47,705 nucleotides of DNA from Candidatus Saccharimonadales bacterium (lineage in GTDB: Bacteria > Verrucomicrobiota > Verrucomicrobiia > Limisphaerales > Palsa-1400). The stretch covers positions 1 to 47,705 of the forward strand of contig DASRLE010000427.1 in assembly GCA_035648615.1 (NCBI GenBank), written 5' to 3'. Of the stretch, positions 17,877-25,874 are shown piece after piece. Position numbers and translations under genes: made by a program. Below the pieces are notes generated by a model. That model was not told the DNA's origin, did no database searches, and saw only the letters and a program-made list of their open reading frames with translations. Within the stretch, counting starts at the first letter, position 1; every line of letters begins with the position of its first letter.

Positions 17877-19874
17877 TTACGGCGTCCTGTTCTGCGGAGC
17901 CGATGGTTTGTCAAACCGAAAACTTTCCAGAATCCGCTGCACTTGCCCGCACAGGCCGGAGCCGACGTGAGGGCGCATACAAACCTCAATCATCCAATGT
18001 TGGTCCCACTTCCAAAAATCTATCTCCCGCCTAATAAGCTCTCCCTTTTCATTTCTCTCAACTGCCTTCGTGAGCAACTCCGATAAGTTGTCCCCGGTCA
18101 TCTGTTCGCTGGCGGGAGGACGAGGCCAGGGTGCCTCCCAGGAACCGATGTCGATATATGCTCCGCCCGGTGGGATTTCTTGGAGGATTTCAGCAGGGGT
18201 GAGTTGCCAGACGTTTGACGCAGTTTGCAGTTCCTTAAGCCGGAATTGACTCCGCCCCATGCTGTTCAATGAGAAAAAAACGAGGTCATAATGCGCAACC
18301 GGAAGGACTTCCGTGTCGGTTTTCCAGTTGGCTGGGTAGCTCAGATGGAAATGCCGGGCGAGATTGGTGTAGTTAAGCCATTCGACACTGGGCCCGCCCG
18401 AATTGCCGCCATTGTGCTTGCGGGCGCGGAACAGAACATCGTCGGCGGTAATTCTGGTGACCTCATCCGGTGGATCACGAAGAATTTGCTCGATCGCCTG
18501 CAATGCCTCGCTGTTACCATTTTGGCCAAGCGCGTACGTGGCACGGCTTCTTGCAAGATCGTCTTGCGCGCCAGTGGCAATAGCGATCAACCGGGGAACA
18601 AAAATGTCATAAGGTTCAGCTTGGGCGGCCATGGCTCCAGCCTTCCAACAGGCGGAATTGTCTTCCGCCAAAGAGCGGCCAATGATCCACCGCCATTCAT
18701 TTGAAGTGCATCCGTATTGCGCGAGCACGTAGTTCAGACCCTCCGCCAATCCTCGCCGCGAAGCGGTCTCCACGATTTCTTTCCTGACTTCCGCGGTGTG
18801 TGGCACGTAAACCGCAAGCGTCTCCTGTTCCCAATAAACGTCGGGCGATTGGAACATTTCGTTCAGCACAAAGGGAACAATCTTCGGGCTGCCCGTAAAT
18901 GCGAGCTTCATCCAAATCGCATCGGCGTCGAAGGCGCGCGCCCCCTTGTTCTTCGCGAGTTGATTTGTCAAACCGGCGATGTAGTCGTCCATCTCATTTT
19001 CCGAACGGGGCAGGATGGTGATATGAATAGGCTCGGACTCAACGCCCAGTGCGTTGTTGTCCTTGTCTTCACCGTTGTGCGTGTAAAAACCGGTGACGGC
19101 CCACTGGCCAGGTCCGGTGAACCTCGCCCAGAGGTTAAGAGGGATGGTCTTCGTGAAAGCCTCGCCGGGATGCAAAACGCTAGTTGAAAACAGCCCGCCA
19201 CCAAAGCCAGGCGGAACTTTCGCCCGCGGGTCGGGAAGTATCGTGCCAGCGGTGGATTTGGCCGTCAGGCGGTACTCCTGCATCCGCCCGCTGCGGTCGT
19301 AGTTCCTGTCCTCATACATATAATTCGATTTGCCACGATTGCTGATGACAAATTGAACCGGGATTTCATCACCCATCTTGAAAACTGAGTTGGTGCAACG
19401 GATTTCCAACACGAGCTTATCGGGATTCTCCAGTTCTTTGATCGAAAGTTCGGGATCGACCTGTCCGGCAACCGGCGCATACCGGCCCTTGCTGTCCTTG
19501 ACCAAATACAACAGGTACTTATTGGTGCTGCCCGGAGTGAAGGTGAGGAACTCCGGGCCGTTGGGCGGATCTCCCCATTTGAGCACCTCGCGATAATGGT
19601 GCAGGACAACCTCATCGCTCAAGAGCGCCCCCTTGAGGACAGTAGAAACCTTGAAAGTCGTTTCAACGCCCCGAAATCTTGACTGGAAGGATTTTAATGA
19701 AGTCCACCCCAGCGAGTTTGTTTCATTCAAATCCTTTACCTCAACGGGCCGGCCAATCACGGCCAGATCGGCCGCGTACTCCAATTCGGCGTCGCCCCAC
19801 GCGCGAGTTACATGTGCTTGTGCCGCTAAACTGCATACAACCAGCTCGAGGCCGAGGACGATTTCGGATTTCAT
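17877..19874 (-). CDS. Hypothetical secreted protein, 665 aa, with a HEAT/ARM-like segment
   Basis: Signal peptide MKSEIVLGLELVVCSLAAQA. The helical-repeat-like stretch ARSRATYALGQNGNSEALQAIEQILRDP is present. No catalytic motif recognised. Confidence 0.75.
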   Translation of the reverse strand: MKSEIVLGLELVVCSLAAQAHVTRAWGDAELEYAADLAVIGRPVEVKDLNETNSLGWTSLKSFQSRFRGVETTFKVSTVLKGALLSDEVVLHHYREVLKWGDPPNGPEFLTFTPGSTNKYLLYLVKDSKGRYAPVAGQVDPELSIKELENPDKLVLEIRCTNSVFKMGDEIPVQFVISNRGKSNYMYEDRNYDRSGRMQEYRLTAKSTAGTILPDPRAKVPPGFGGGLFSTSVLHPGEAFTKTIPLNLWARFTGPGQWAVTGFYTHNGEDKDNNALGVESEPIHITILPRSENEMDDYIAGLTNQLAKNKGARAFDADAIWMKLAFTGSPKIVPFVLNEMFQSPDVYWEQETLAVYVPHTAEVRKEIVETASRRGLAEGLNYVLAQYGCTSNEWRWIIGRSLAEDNSACWKAGAMAAQAEPYDIFVPRLIAIATGAQDDLARSRATYALGQNGNSEALQAIEQILRDPPDEVTRITADDVLFRARKHNGGNSGGPSVEWLNYTNLARHFHLSYPANWKTDTEVLPVAHYDLVFFSLNSMGRSQFRLKELQTASNVWQLTPAEILQEIPPGGAYIDIGSWEAPWPRPPASEQMTGDNLSELLTKAVERNEKGELIRREIDFWKWDQHWMIEVCMRPHVGSGLCGQVQRILESFRFDKPSAPQNRTP

Positions 19875-19898
19875 AAAAGTGCCGCGTTGGTTTGAAAT

Positions 19899-20255
19899 TC
19901 AGCCAATCTTCTTTTGTGTGTTTCGGTGAAATTTTCTTTGATAATATATTGCCATAATTATAGCGGGCGTAAGGACGAGAATAGGCAATCGTTCTAAAAT
20001 ATAAATCCAAATCACAGCTCCATAGGGCAAATGTCCGCCGGTCAATAAAAATCCCAGCCCTATGAGCAAGCAGATGAATCCCATCGCCGCCAATGCGCCA
20101 AAAAGGCTAAAATACCATCGCACGTCCGATACCCGCCGTGCGGCCCACCTGCATAACAGGCTCGTCAGATACGCGCTCAGAAACACAGACAATACCACGA
20201 CCATTAAATCGACCGCAATTTCCTCGTTTTTGAGCTGTGGAAAAAATTTAATCAT
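19899..20255 (-). CDS. Hypothetical small integral membrane protein (3-4 TM)
   Basis: Hydrophobic segments VDLMVVVLSVFLSAYLTSLL, FSLFGALAAMGFICLLIGLGFLL and LPILVLTPAIIMAIYY. It is tightly spaced between its neighbours. Confidence 0.6.
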   Translation of the reverse strand: MIKFFPQLKNEEIAVDLMVVVLSVFLSAYLTSLLCRWAARRVSDVRWYFSLFGALAAMGFICLLIGLGFLLTGGHLPYGAVIWIYILERLPILVLTPAIIMAIYYQRKFHRNTQKKIG

Positions 20256-20307
20256 GTCACTTATGGCGCCACCCCAACGACTGGGACGCAGAGAATAATT
20301 TTGGTTT

Positions 20308-21006
20308 TCATTGCCTTAACACTATCTTTTGTTCGTGCGAATGAAAGGTTTTCTGCTTCGCGTCCCAATCGAGAAATTCCAAGTAATCCGCATCATTCGG
20401 ACGATCAAACCTTTCGTAGTAAAAGCCCGTGAGCATCAGGTTGAAGTCTGGGACGGAATGATCATAAGCTCTGCCAACCACTAGCGGGTCGCTCTTTCCG
20501 TCAATTTTCAAGACTTCGACCTTGCCTGACGGGGTCACAGTAAAAAGCGAGCAAAGCTCGTGACTGCACCCGCCGTAGTTAGCGAGGTTGAAATCCGGTT
20601 GGCCGTCGTTGTTATAGTCAGCCATTCGAAAATCCCAGGGTTGTGTGAGGTCAGCGAAAATAAAGTCAACCCATCCGCCATCGGGGTACAACGAATCGAG
20701 GCTGGTATCCACTGTTTTATTTCCAGCCAGAGCATCAAGAAGCTCCACGCGAAAGATGAATTTGCCACTGTACTTGTCGCCTTGGCCGCACCAGTCATCC
20801 TCTTCATTGTAGCGCGTATATTTGCCTTCCTCCCAGATGAGAGAAAGGAACATTTTCTGCCCGGGCTTGAAATCATAGTCAGTCCGGCCAAGCGTGATCG
20901 GCGGCTGCGTTGCGGCCGTCGCGCCGGTCTTTCGGCCAACGCTTGCACAGCCTATCAAGATTCCGCTCAAAACGAGCGAGAGGCAGACGACGACTTTGGA
21001 TTTCAT
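20308..21006 (-). CDS. Hypothetical lipoprotein with an FG-GAP/VCBS-like Ca-binding motif
   Basis: Lipobox MKSKVVVCLSLVLSGILIGC, close to the signal peptide of the 16322-16852 lipoprotein. The motif ADYNNDGQPDF is present. It overlaps the upstream gene by 4 nt. Confidence 0.75.
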   Translation of the reverse strand: MKSKVVVCLSLVLSGILIGCASVGRKTGATAATQPPITLGRTDYDFKPGQKMFLSLIWEEGKYTRYNEEDDWCGQGDKYSGKFIFRVELLDALAGNKTVDTSLDSLYPDGGWVDFIFADLTQPWDFRMADYNNDGQPDFNLANYGGCSHELCSLFTVTPSGKVEVLKIDGKSDPLVVGRAYDHSVPDFNLMLTGFYYERFDRPNDADYLEFLDWDAKQKTFHSHEQKIVLRQ

Positions 21007-22223
21007 GACTTCTTTTCAGGTTGCTGCCAATTATGCAAATGGAGATTTCGGATTGCTGCTTTAACCACGTCAGCCAATAAATTCTTCTGTGACTCGCCTA
21101 GATTTTCATCGGTGACTAAAGTGAGCGATTCTAAAAATGGCAAGAGATCGGAGTTTCCAATATTGCCTAAAATTGAAATCGCCGGCAATCTACGGTCCAA
21201 ATCCGTGTCTTCCGCGGCTATTCGTTTTAATTCTGCCATAGGCAGGTTGTTGAGGCGCATGCGTTCAACGAGGGCAGTCATAACGAGTTTTGGCCTTCTG
21301 CGCACGGCGGCGGTGGTTTTGCCCTGAATCGCCGAAATCAATTTGGCATCTCCCAATTTTTCCAATTCATATTTTGCGAAGACATGCCGTGAACTTTCCG
21401 AAGTGTCCTGGTCCGTGGCAAGATATCGATCCAATCCGTCCAAAAGGAACTCGCGTGCGGATTGATCGTCAAGACGGACCAGAGCGGCGGCAACTGGGTA
21501 ACGCATGGATTCATCAAGGTGTCTGTCGTTCATCGCTTCGAGGAGAATGTTTCTTGCGACCGGGGAAGGCATTTCATCCAGTGTCAAGAGGACGTTCTGT
21601 GACAATCGCCGTGCCGCCATATCGCCAAGAAACTTGGCATCCATCTTTTTATTAAACACTCGGTCTTGCCAGGCTTTCACGAGTGGAGGGACAACGCTAA
21701 CGTCGTGGAATTGGCCGAGACCCATGGCAGCTTCGGCTACTTCTCCCCATCGGCACTGTTTGCCTGCCTCCGCCGCCGCAAGTCCCTGCTTGAGCCATTC
21801 GCGAAGAACAGGGATAACTGCCGGTGAGGCTGTCGTGATCAACACTTCCGCCGCCCGCTCTCGCACGTCATCTTCGGCGATTTCAGCGCTTTCGCCAAAT
21901 CCCGACGGAGACTTGCGCCTTTCCGGCGGCAAGGAGTATTTCAGAAGCCGGACTAAAATTGGTTGAGCATTTTGAAGCGACGTGTTGTGGAAACAGACGA
22001 ATTCAAAGCCTGGGATTTGCAGGTTTCCGTCGAACTCTCCGGTTTCCAGCATTTGACCAGTCACTGGAGGATTTGTCGGGTTAATCAATGTCGCCAACCG
22101 GATAATTTCCCGATTATTCTCGGCACGTTCGGTTTCCTCGGCTTGATAATTTCGGGAGCAGCCGCACAAAAACTCGCTTAGAACGACCGCGAGGCAGTAG
22201 AGAATCTTGCCTTTCGCCTTCAT
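21003..22223 (-). CDS. Hypothetical lipoprotein, HEAT-repeat-like
   Basis: Lipobox ILYCLAVVLSEFLCGC. Helical repeats (RERAAEVLITTASPAVIPVLREWL, VARNILLEAMNDRHLDESMRYPVAAALVRL). It overlaps both neighbours by 4 nt. Confidence 0.75.
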   Translation of the reverse strand: MKAKGKILYCLAVVLSEFLCGCSRNYQAEETERAENNREIIRLATLINPTNPPVTGQMLETGEFDGNLQIPGFEFVCFHNTSLQNAQPILVRLLKYSLPPERRKSPSGFGESAEIAEDDVRERAAEVLITTASPAVIPVLREWLKQGLAAAEAGKQCRWGEVAEAAMGLGQFHDVSVVPPLVKAWQDRVFNKKMDAKFLGDMAARRLSQNVLLTLDEMPSPVARNILLEAMNDRHLDESMRYPVAAALVRLDDQSAREFLLDGLDRYLATDQDTSESSRHVFAKYELEKLGDAKLISAIQGKTTAAVRRRPKLVMTALVERMRLNNLPMAELKRIAAEDTDLDRRLPAISILGNIGNSDLLPFLESLTLVTDENLGESQKNLLADVVKAAIRNLHLHNWQQPEKKS

Positions 22224-23380
22224 TTGACGGCCTCTTTTCGCACGGCCCCCATCCGGTCAAGCGTTTCCGCGTAAGTAAGAATCTGAATGCGCGTTCCTTC
22301 TTTAATTTGGCCAACGTTGGGCAATTGCGGGTTCAACCGGGCAAGCTCCGCGATCCACATTTCCAGAACCTGTTTTTTCAAAATCACCTCGCTCTTTTCG
22401 TTGTCGCACGCCCAGCCAGGCTGCCAATAGCCTAGCCGTTCGGCAATTTTATCCAACGTGTCATTTTTCTCGGACACAAGATAAGCCCTTTTGGTTGTTT
22501 CGCGCAATGGGCACGGAAATGGCGGCGACAGAATGAATTCGCGATAGAATGTCAAATCAGCCGCACGCGCTTGATCCTCTGCTTGAGAAGGGGGAACGCT
22601 TAAGATCTCCTGACTGACAAATCGGATTTCCAGTGGCAATCCTGGCGCTTTAACTTTTTTCCAAAGCACCTGTGTGGTTATTGCCGCCCCACCCCCTCGG
22701 GACCATCCCTCTTCCGGCCCTTCACCGAGGAAATGCCATTGTTTAAGGCTGTCTCTGTAAAGATACAGTCTTCGATTGTAAATCTGGTGCGCAGTTCCAA
22801 TGCCCATTTCTCTCTCCCAACCAATTTCGTAAACTTCACCAAAACGTGGATGCTTGCTTTTGACCACCGCGTAAGGACCATAACCCCCGCCATCACTTGG
22901 CTGCGGAGTTGAATCGCGCAATTCCGCAACCGCAGGAAGGTTAAAAGTCGAAAACTGCCGCCACCAATCTTCCATCGACCATAAATCGCGATCCGCCGAA
23001 CGGCGTTCATCTTTGACCAAAATCCATCGCCGGAGTTCATTGGTGGGTTGATACATATAAGCCTCGTCGAGCACAAACCGCGGCAACCCGTTGGCATCAT
23101 ATTCGATCGACATCATGTCCCGGCCATTCCAAGTGAACGTCGGTTTGACTTCTTGAACGAGCGCACGCCAGGACTTTGCTTCCGCTCGAATGGAAAATCC
23201 ATGGCCCAGACCCGTCAACACACAGTCTTCGATGGAAGACGCCTTGACTTTTATATAATCAAAAGTTTTTGTCCCAGCGGTGGGCGCAGTGATTGAACAG
23301 CCGAACAAAATGCGGCTCAAAAAGAAAATGAGGCCGAGGACGAATCTGGATGTCATGGCGTCTGTACGCTTTGAATTCAT
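22220..23380 (-). CDS. Hypothetical lipoprotein with a C-terminal LysM-like module
   Basis: Lipobox FVLGLIFFLSRILFGC. C-terminal YLVSEKNDTLDKIAERLGY...LARLNPQLPNVGQIKEGTRIQI resembles LysM. The start may instead be the internal ATG at 23356. Confidence 0.75.
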   Translation of the reverse strand: MNSKRTDAMTSRFVLGLIFFLSRILFGCSITAPTAGTKTFDYIKVKASSIEDCVLTGLGHGFSIRAEAKSWRALVQEVKPTFTWNGRDMMSIEYDANGLPRFVLDEAYMYQPTNELRRWILVKDERRSADRDLWSMEDWWRQFSTFNLPAVAELRDSTPQPSDGGGYGPYAVVKSKHPRFGEVYEIGWEREMGIGTAHQIYNRRLYLYRDSLKQWHFLGEGPEEGWSRGGGAAITTQVLWKKVKAPGLPLEIRFVSQEILSVPPSQAEDQARAADLTFYREFILSPPFPCPLRETTKRAYLVSEKNDTLDKIAERLGYWQPGWACDNEKSEVILKKQVLEMWIAELARLNPQLPNVGQIKEGTRIQILTYAETLDRMGAVRKEAVK

Positions 23381-23386
23381 AAAGGG

Positions 23387-23569
23387 TCATTCTCGATCAC
23401 GAGTTCGCCCGGAAAAGCTTTGTGAAGCCCAAGTTCCCTCGACACCAGCCATTGCAGCGGCCAAGGAAAGGAGTGCGGAGATTAGCCATGACCAAAACAC
23501 GACCAAAACCTCTGGGAGTCCGGTAACGTCGGGGTTGGCCAAGATTGTTTTCAGGCTGCCGCTAATCAT
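23387..23569 (-). CDS. Possible 60-aa single-pass membrane protein
   Basis: It fills the operon gap exactly: its start overlaps the upstream stop by 8 nt and its stop is 6 nt before the next start. TM segment VLVVFWSWLISALLSLAAAMAGV. No homology evidence. Confidence 0.4.
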   Translation of the reverse strand: MISGSLKTILANPDVTGLPEVLVVFWSWLISALLSLAAAMAGVEGTWASQSFSGRTRDRE

Positions 23570-24224
23570 AGGTTTTCGGCGTTTTAAGCCTCTTCGCGGC
23601 CTCCGGTTTCAAAAGCTTGAGCATTTGGCGCCCCGAATAAGGTTGATAGGCGTCCCATCTTCCAAAAGTGGGTGGCAATGGAATAATAATGTCGTCCGAT
23701 TTTCCGTGAAGCCAGACCGCGACGAAAAGAATGCCCGGAATGTCCAGATAGCGAAGTTCGTAATCGCGCTTTTTTATTTGCGGTAATTTTTCAGCGATTC
23801 GCAGCGCCTGCAACGTTTCATCGGCAAAACGAGTTTGCTCGAGCGCGCTAAATCCCAGAACTCTCCCGGTATTTTCTTCGGTCTTCAATTCCGCCGCGCC
23901 AACCGCATTGGTTCCGTGGAGCAGAAGATAGCGCCAATTGCCCAACTTCGCCGCGGAAAGCAAATGCCCCGAAGCCAAATCGGTCAGGCCGACGAAATAG
24001 GCACCGTGCGGTTCGGCTATGGCCAGCTCATTGGCGCGCCAGCCACCGAGGAAGCGAGGGTCCGCCCGAAGCTCGCGACGGACGTTTTCATAGACCAACC
24101 TTCGCCCGCCCTCCGGGGCTGGAGGGTTAACAATAGCGGCGCGGCACCACAGGGTGACGCAACCAGCCGCCGCCACGCTGATAAGAAGGGCGTGCCCGAG
24201 CCTCTTTGTGGCAATCATCCGCAT
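23562..24224 (-). CDS. Hypothetical secreted protein or lipoprotein, first gene of the island operon
   Basis: Signal peptide GHALLISVAAAGC. No recognised motif. Confidence 0.7.
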   Translation of the reverse strand: MRMIATKRLGHALLISVAAAGCVTLWCRAAIVNPPAPEGGRRLVYENVRRELRADPRFLGGWRANELAIAEPHGAYFVGLTDLASGHLLSAAKLGNWRYLLLHGTNAVGAAELKTEENTGRVLGFSALEQTRFADETLQALRIAEKLPQIKKRDYELRYLDIPGILFVAVWLHGKSDDIIIPLPPTFGRWDAYQPYSGRQMLKLLKPEAAKRLKTPKTYD

Positions 24225-24284
24225 GCTTGCTTCACCTTAGTGTCGGGTCTTCGCGATTTCAAGCGTTCACGGTTCTGATTCCGA

Positions 24285-24361
24285 CTCCTAATCTTAATCT
24301 TAATCTTAATCTTAATCTCGTCGAAGAGGATTAAGAGTAAGATTACGATTAAGATTAGGAG
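24285..24361. repeat. Hexamer-repeat hairpin: (TAATCT)x5 followed by an imperfect inverted copy
   Basis: Five perfect TAATCT units at 24289-24318, an 8-nt spacer, then aggattaagagtaagattacgattaagattaggag. That arm is the reverse complement of the left arm apart from about 3 mismatches or indels. It lies between the divergent starts at 24224 (minus) and 24414 (plus). Confidence 0.9.
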
Positions 24362-24413
24362 GGGAACCCGGAAACGACCGGTTTATTCCTGCGGGTAAAT
24401 CAACAGACGGTCG

Positions 24414-24698
24414 TTGACCAGAACGATCAACGCGGCGACATATCTTCATCTTGGCAATTCGCCTCTGGCAGGGCAAATTACTTTCAGTCAAAATGCTGCG
24501 GGCGCTGTATTGGCGATTGCCGCTGCTGTTAACGGCTCACACGAGACTGCTAATTCTGTGGATGCGTATCGAAAGGATTTGGCTGCTGGGGATAGGGCAT
24601 ACGCCGATCTCGACGCAGTCAAGGTTGCGATTGGGGTGCAAGAACGCAGGGGCAATTACTTCGTTACCGACGACGTGTTGAGTACCTTGATGCAATGA
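24414..24698 (+). CDS. Hypothetical 94-aa ORF (TTG start)
   Basis: ORF only, with no motif recognised. A 47-codon ORF follows at 24715-24858 and ends inside the left arm of the 24-bp inverted repeat. Confidence 0.3.
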   Translation: MTRTINAATYLHLGNSPLAGQITFSQNAAGAVLAIAAAVNGSHETANSVDAYRKDLAAGDRAYADLDAVKVAIGVQERRGNYFVTDDVLSTLMQ

Positions 24699-24829
24699 TG
24701 ATCCGAATCCGGCTATGGGACACGATATGAACAAGACCGAGCGAGAACGGCTAAGGTGTGAGATTGAAGCTAGGATAAGCCGGTCCGAAGTTTTTATCGA
24801 CCTGACGACGGAATTTCACTGTGCAGCGC

Positions 24830-24921
24830 GGGGTCACGTCTCAACATTCAACAATTAACACTTGGCAAACGAGATTACGAGTTCCGAGAAAAGTAAATGT
24901 TGAATGTTGAGACGTGACCCC
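24830..24921. repeat. Perfect 24-bp inverted repeat with a 44-nt spacer
   Basis: ggggtcacgtctcaacattcaaca (24830-24853) and tgttgaatgttgagacgtgacccc (24898-24921) are exact reverse complements. The spacer contains gagattacgag, which also occurs at 25837-25847. Confidence 0.92.
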
Positions 24922-24971
24922 ACAGGACCACTGCGACACCGGCACGGCACGATAATAAAATCCAACCATCG

Positions 24972-25060
24972 GAAGGAATGGCAAAAAGATGGGGGCAAAA
25001 ACATTCTGTTCCCCATCTTTTTGCCGCTATTTTTTGCCTTTGCCACCATTGGGCAACCAG
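24972..25060. repeat. GGCAAAAAG / CTTTTTGCC hairpin repeat element, copy 2
   Basis: ggcaaaaagatgggggcaaaaacattctgttccccatctttttgccgctattttttgcc aligns with 16041-16097 in the same orientation, with only a few substitutions. Confidence 0.85.
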
Positions 25061-25609
25061 CCCCCTTCACTGTCGCCCGCTTTTTACACTTTCGAGGGTT
25101 GGAAATCACTGGCATGCTGGGAAATGACACGTCCGGACTTTTTGCTCTTTCTTGAGTTTTCGATTGTGCGTGAGAATTCCATCTTTGTCCCGCCGTGAAG
25201 GGGTGTCGCGTCCAAAAGGGGAAGGAAATAGGCAGCGCATCTGATGGTTTTGAAAAATGGCGCGCACCGTGCGCGCATGGAACGGCGGCTCTCCTCGCAG
25301 AGCCTCAAAAATTGCGCGCATGGTGAGCGGCAGAGAGTTCCGGTTCTATGGTATAACACCATGGTGACGGATATGGATGATGTCATACGAAACGGGTCAG
25401 CGGCGGGCGCCTCGGCCGCCGAGCCGGATGTCAAATCATGTAAGCCTTCCCCCGGCGATTTGACCAGATTAAACCAAATTAAAGTGAACACGGAGGGCTT
25501 GGTGAGAAGAAATGGACCGCGCTGTTGCTCGCGGCGGCTAGGCGAGAATCGGCGGCGCCCGATGCCCGGGGGTGAGACAAAATTCTTCAAGGCGATGCTA
25601 ATGGCGGAC

Positions 25610-25735
25610 GCCAGCGGGAAAGCGGCCCTGGCGCGCACGCGTTCCAAAACCTGCCGGTTTTTCGGCGACGGCAGCGCGCGCGAAGCGTCTTGGAGTGCGG
25701 AATGCCAGTTCCGCTTTGGCCCGGAAACAGGTCTC
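25610..25735. repeat. Long imperfect REP-like hairpin
   Basis: Nested complementary segments: aaagcgg / ccgcttt, cgcgttccaaaac / gtcttggagtgcg (imperfect), ctgccg / cggcag. Spurious translations (VLECG.P.PLW in one frame, HSALQDASR on the other strand) match a repeat family I recall from Verrucomicrobia and Planctomycetes intergenic DNA. That is a recollection, not a search result. Confidence 0.5.
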
Positions 25736-25815
25736 ACGGCTATTGAAGAATTTTGTCCCACACCCCGCGTCCGAGTAAAAATTCAATTTTCGATGGCAAT
25801 GTTCCGCCTACTGGT

Positions 25816-25863
25816 CCTAATCTTAATCTTAATCTGGAGATTACGAGCAGGATTAAAGAAGGA
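25816..25863. repeat. Hexamer-repeat hairpin, copy 2: (TAATCT)x3 plus a degenerate inverted arm, in the topoisomerase gene leader
   Basis: TAATCT x3 at 25818-25835, then gg, then agattacgagcaggattaaagaagga. It ends 12 nt before the ATG at 25875. Confidence 0.85.
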
Positions 25864-25874
25864 ACGATCCAATT

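Noticed and set aside
24830-24921. An integron attC site following a small cassette ORF
   Set aside because: The arms contain CAAC / GTTG near the expected R boxes. However, the repeat is perfect, with no extrahelical bases, and the R''/R' consensus (RYYYAAC / GTTRRRY) is not met. There is also no intI and no second attC nearby.
24225-25874. A replication origin next to a topoisomerase gene
   Set aside because: I found no cluster of DnaA boxes (TTATCCACA or close variants) and no dnaA or dnaN. The repeats present are of other kinds.
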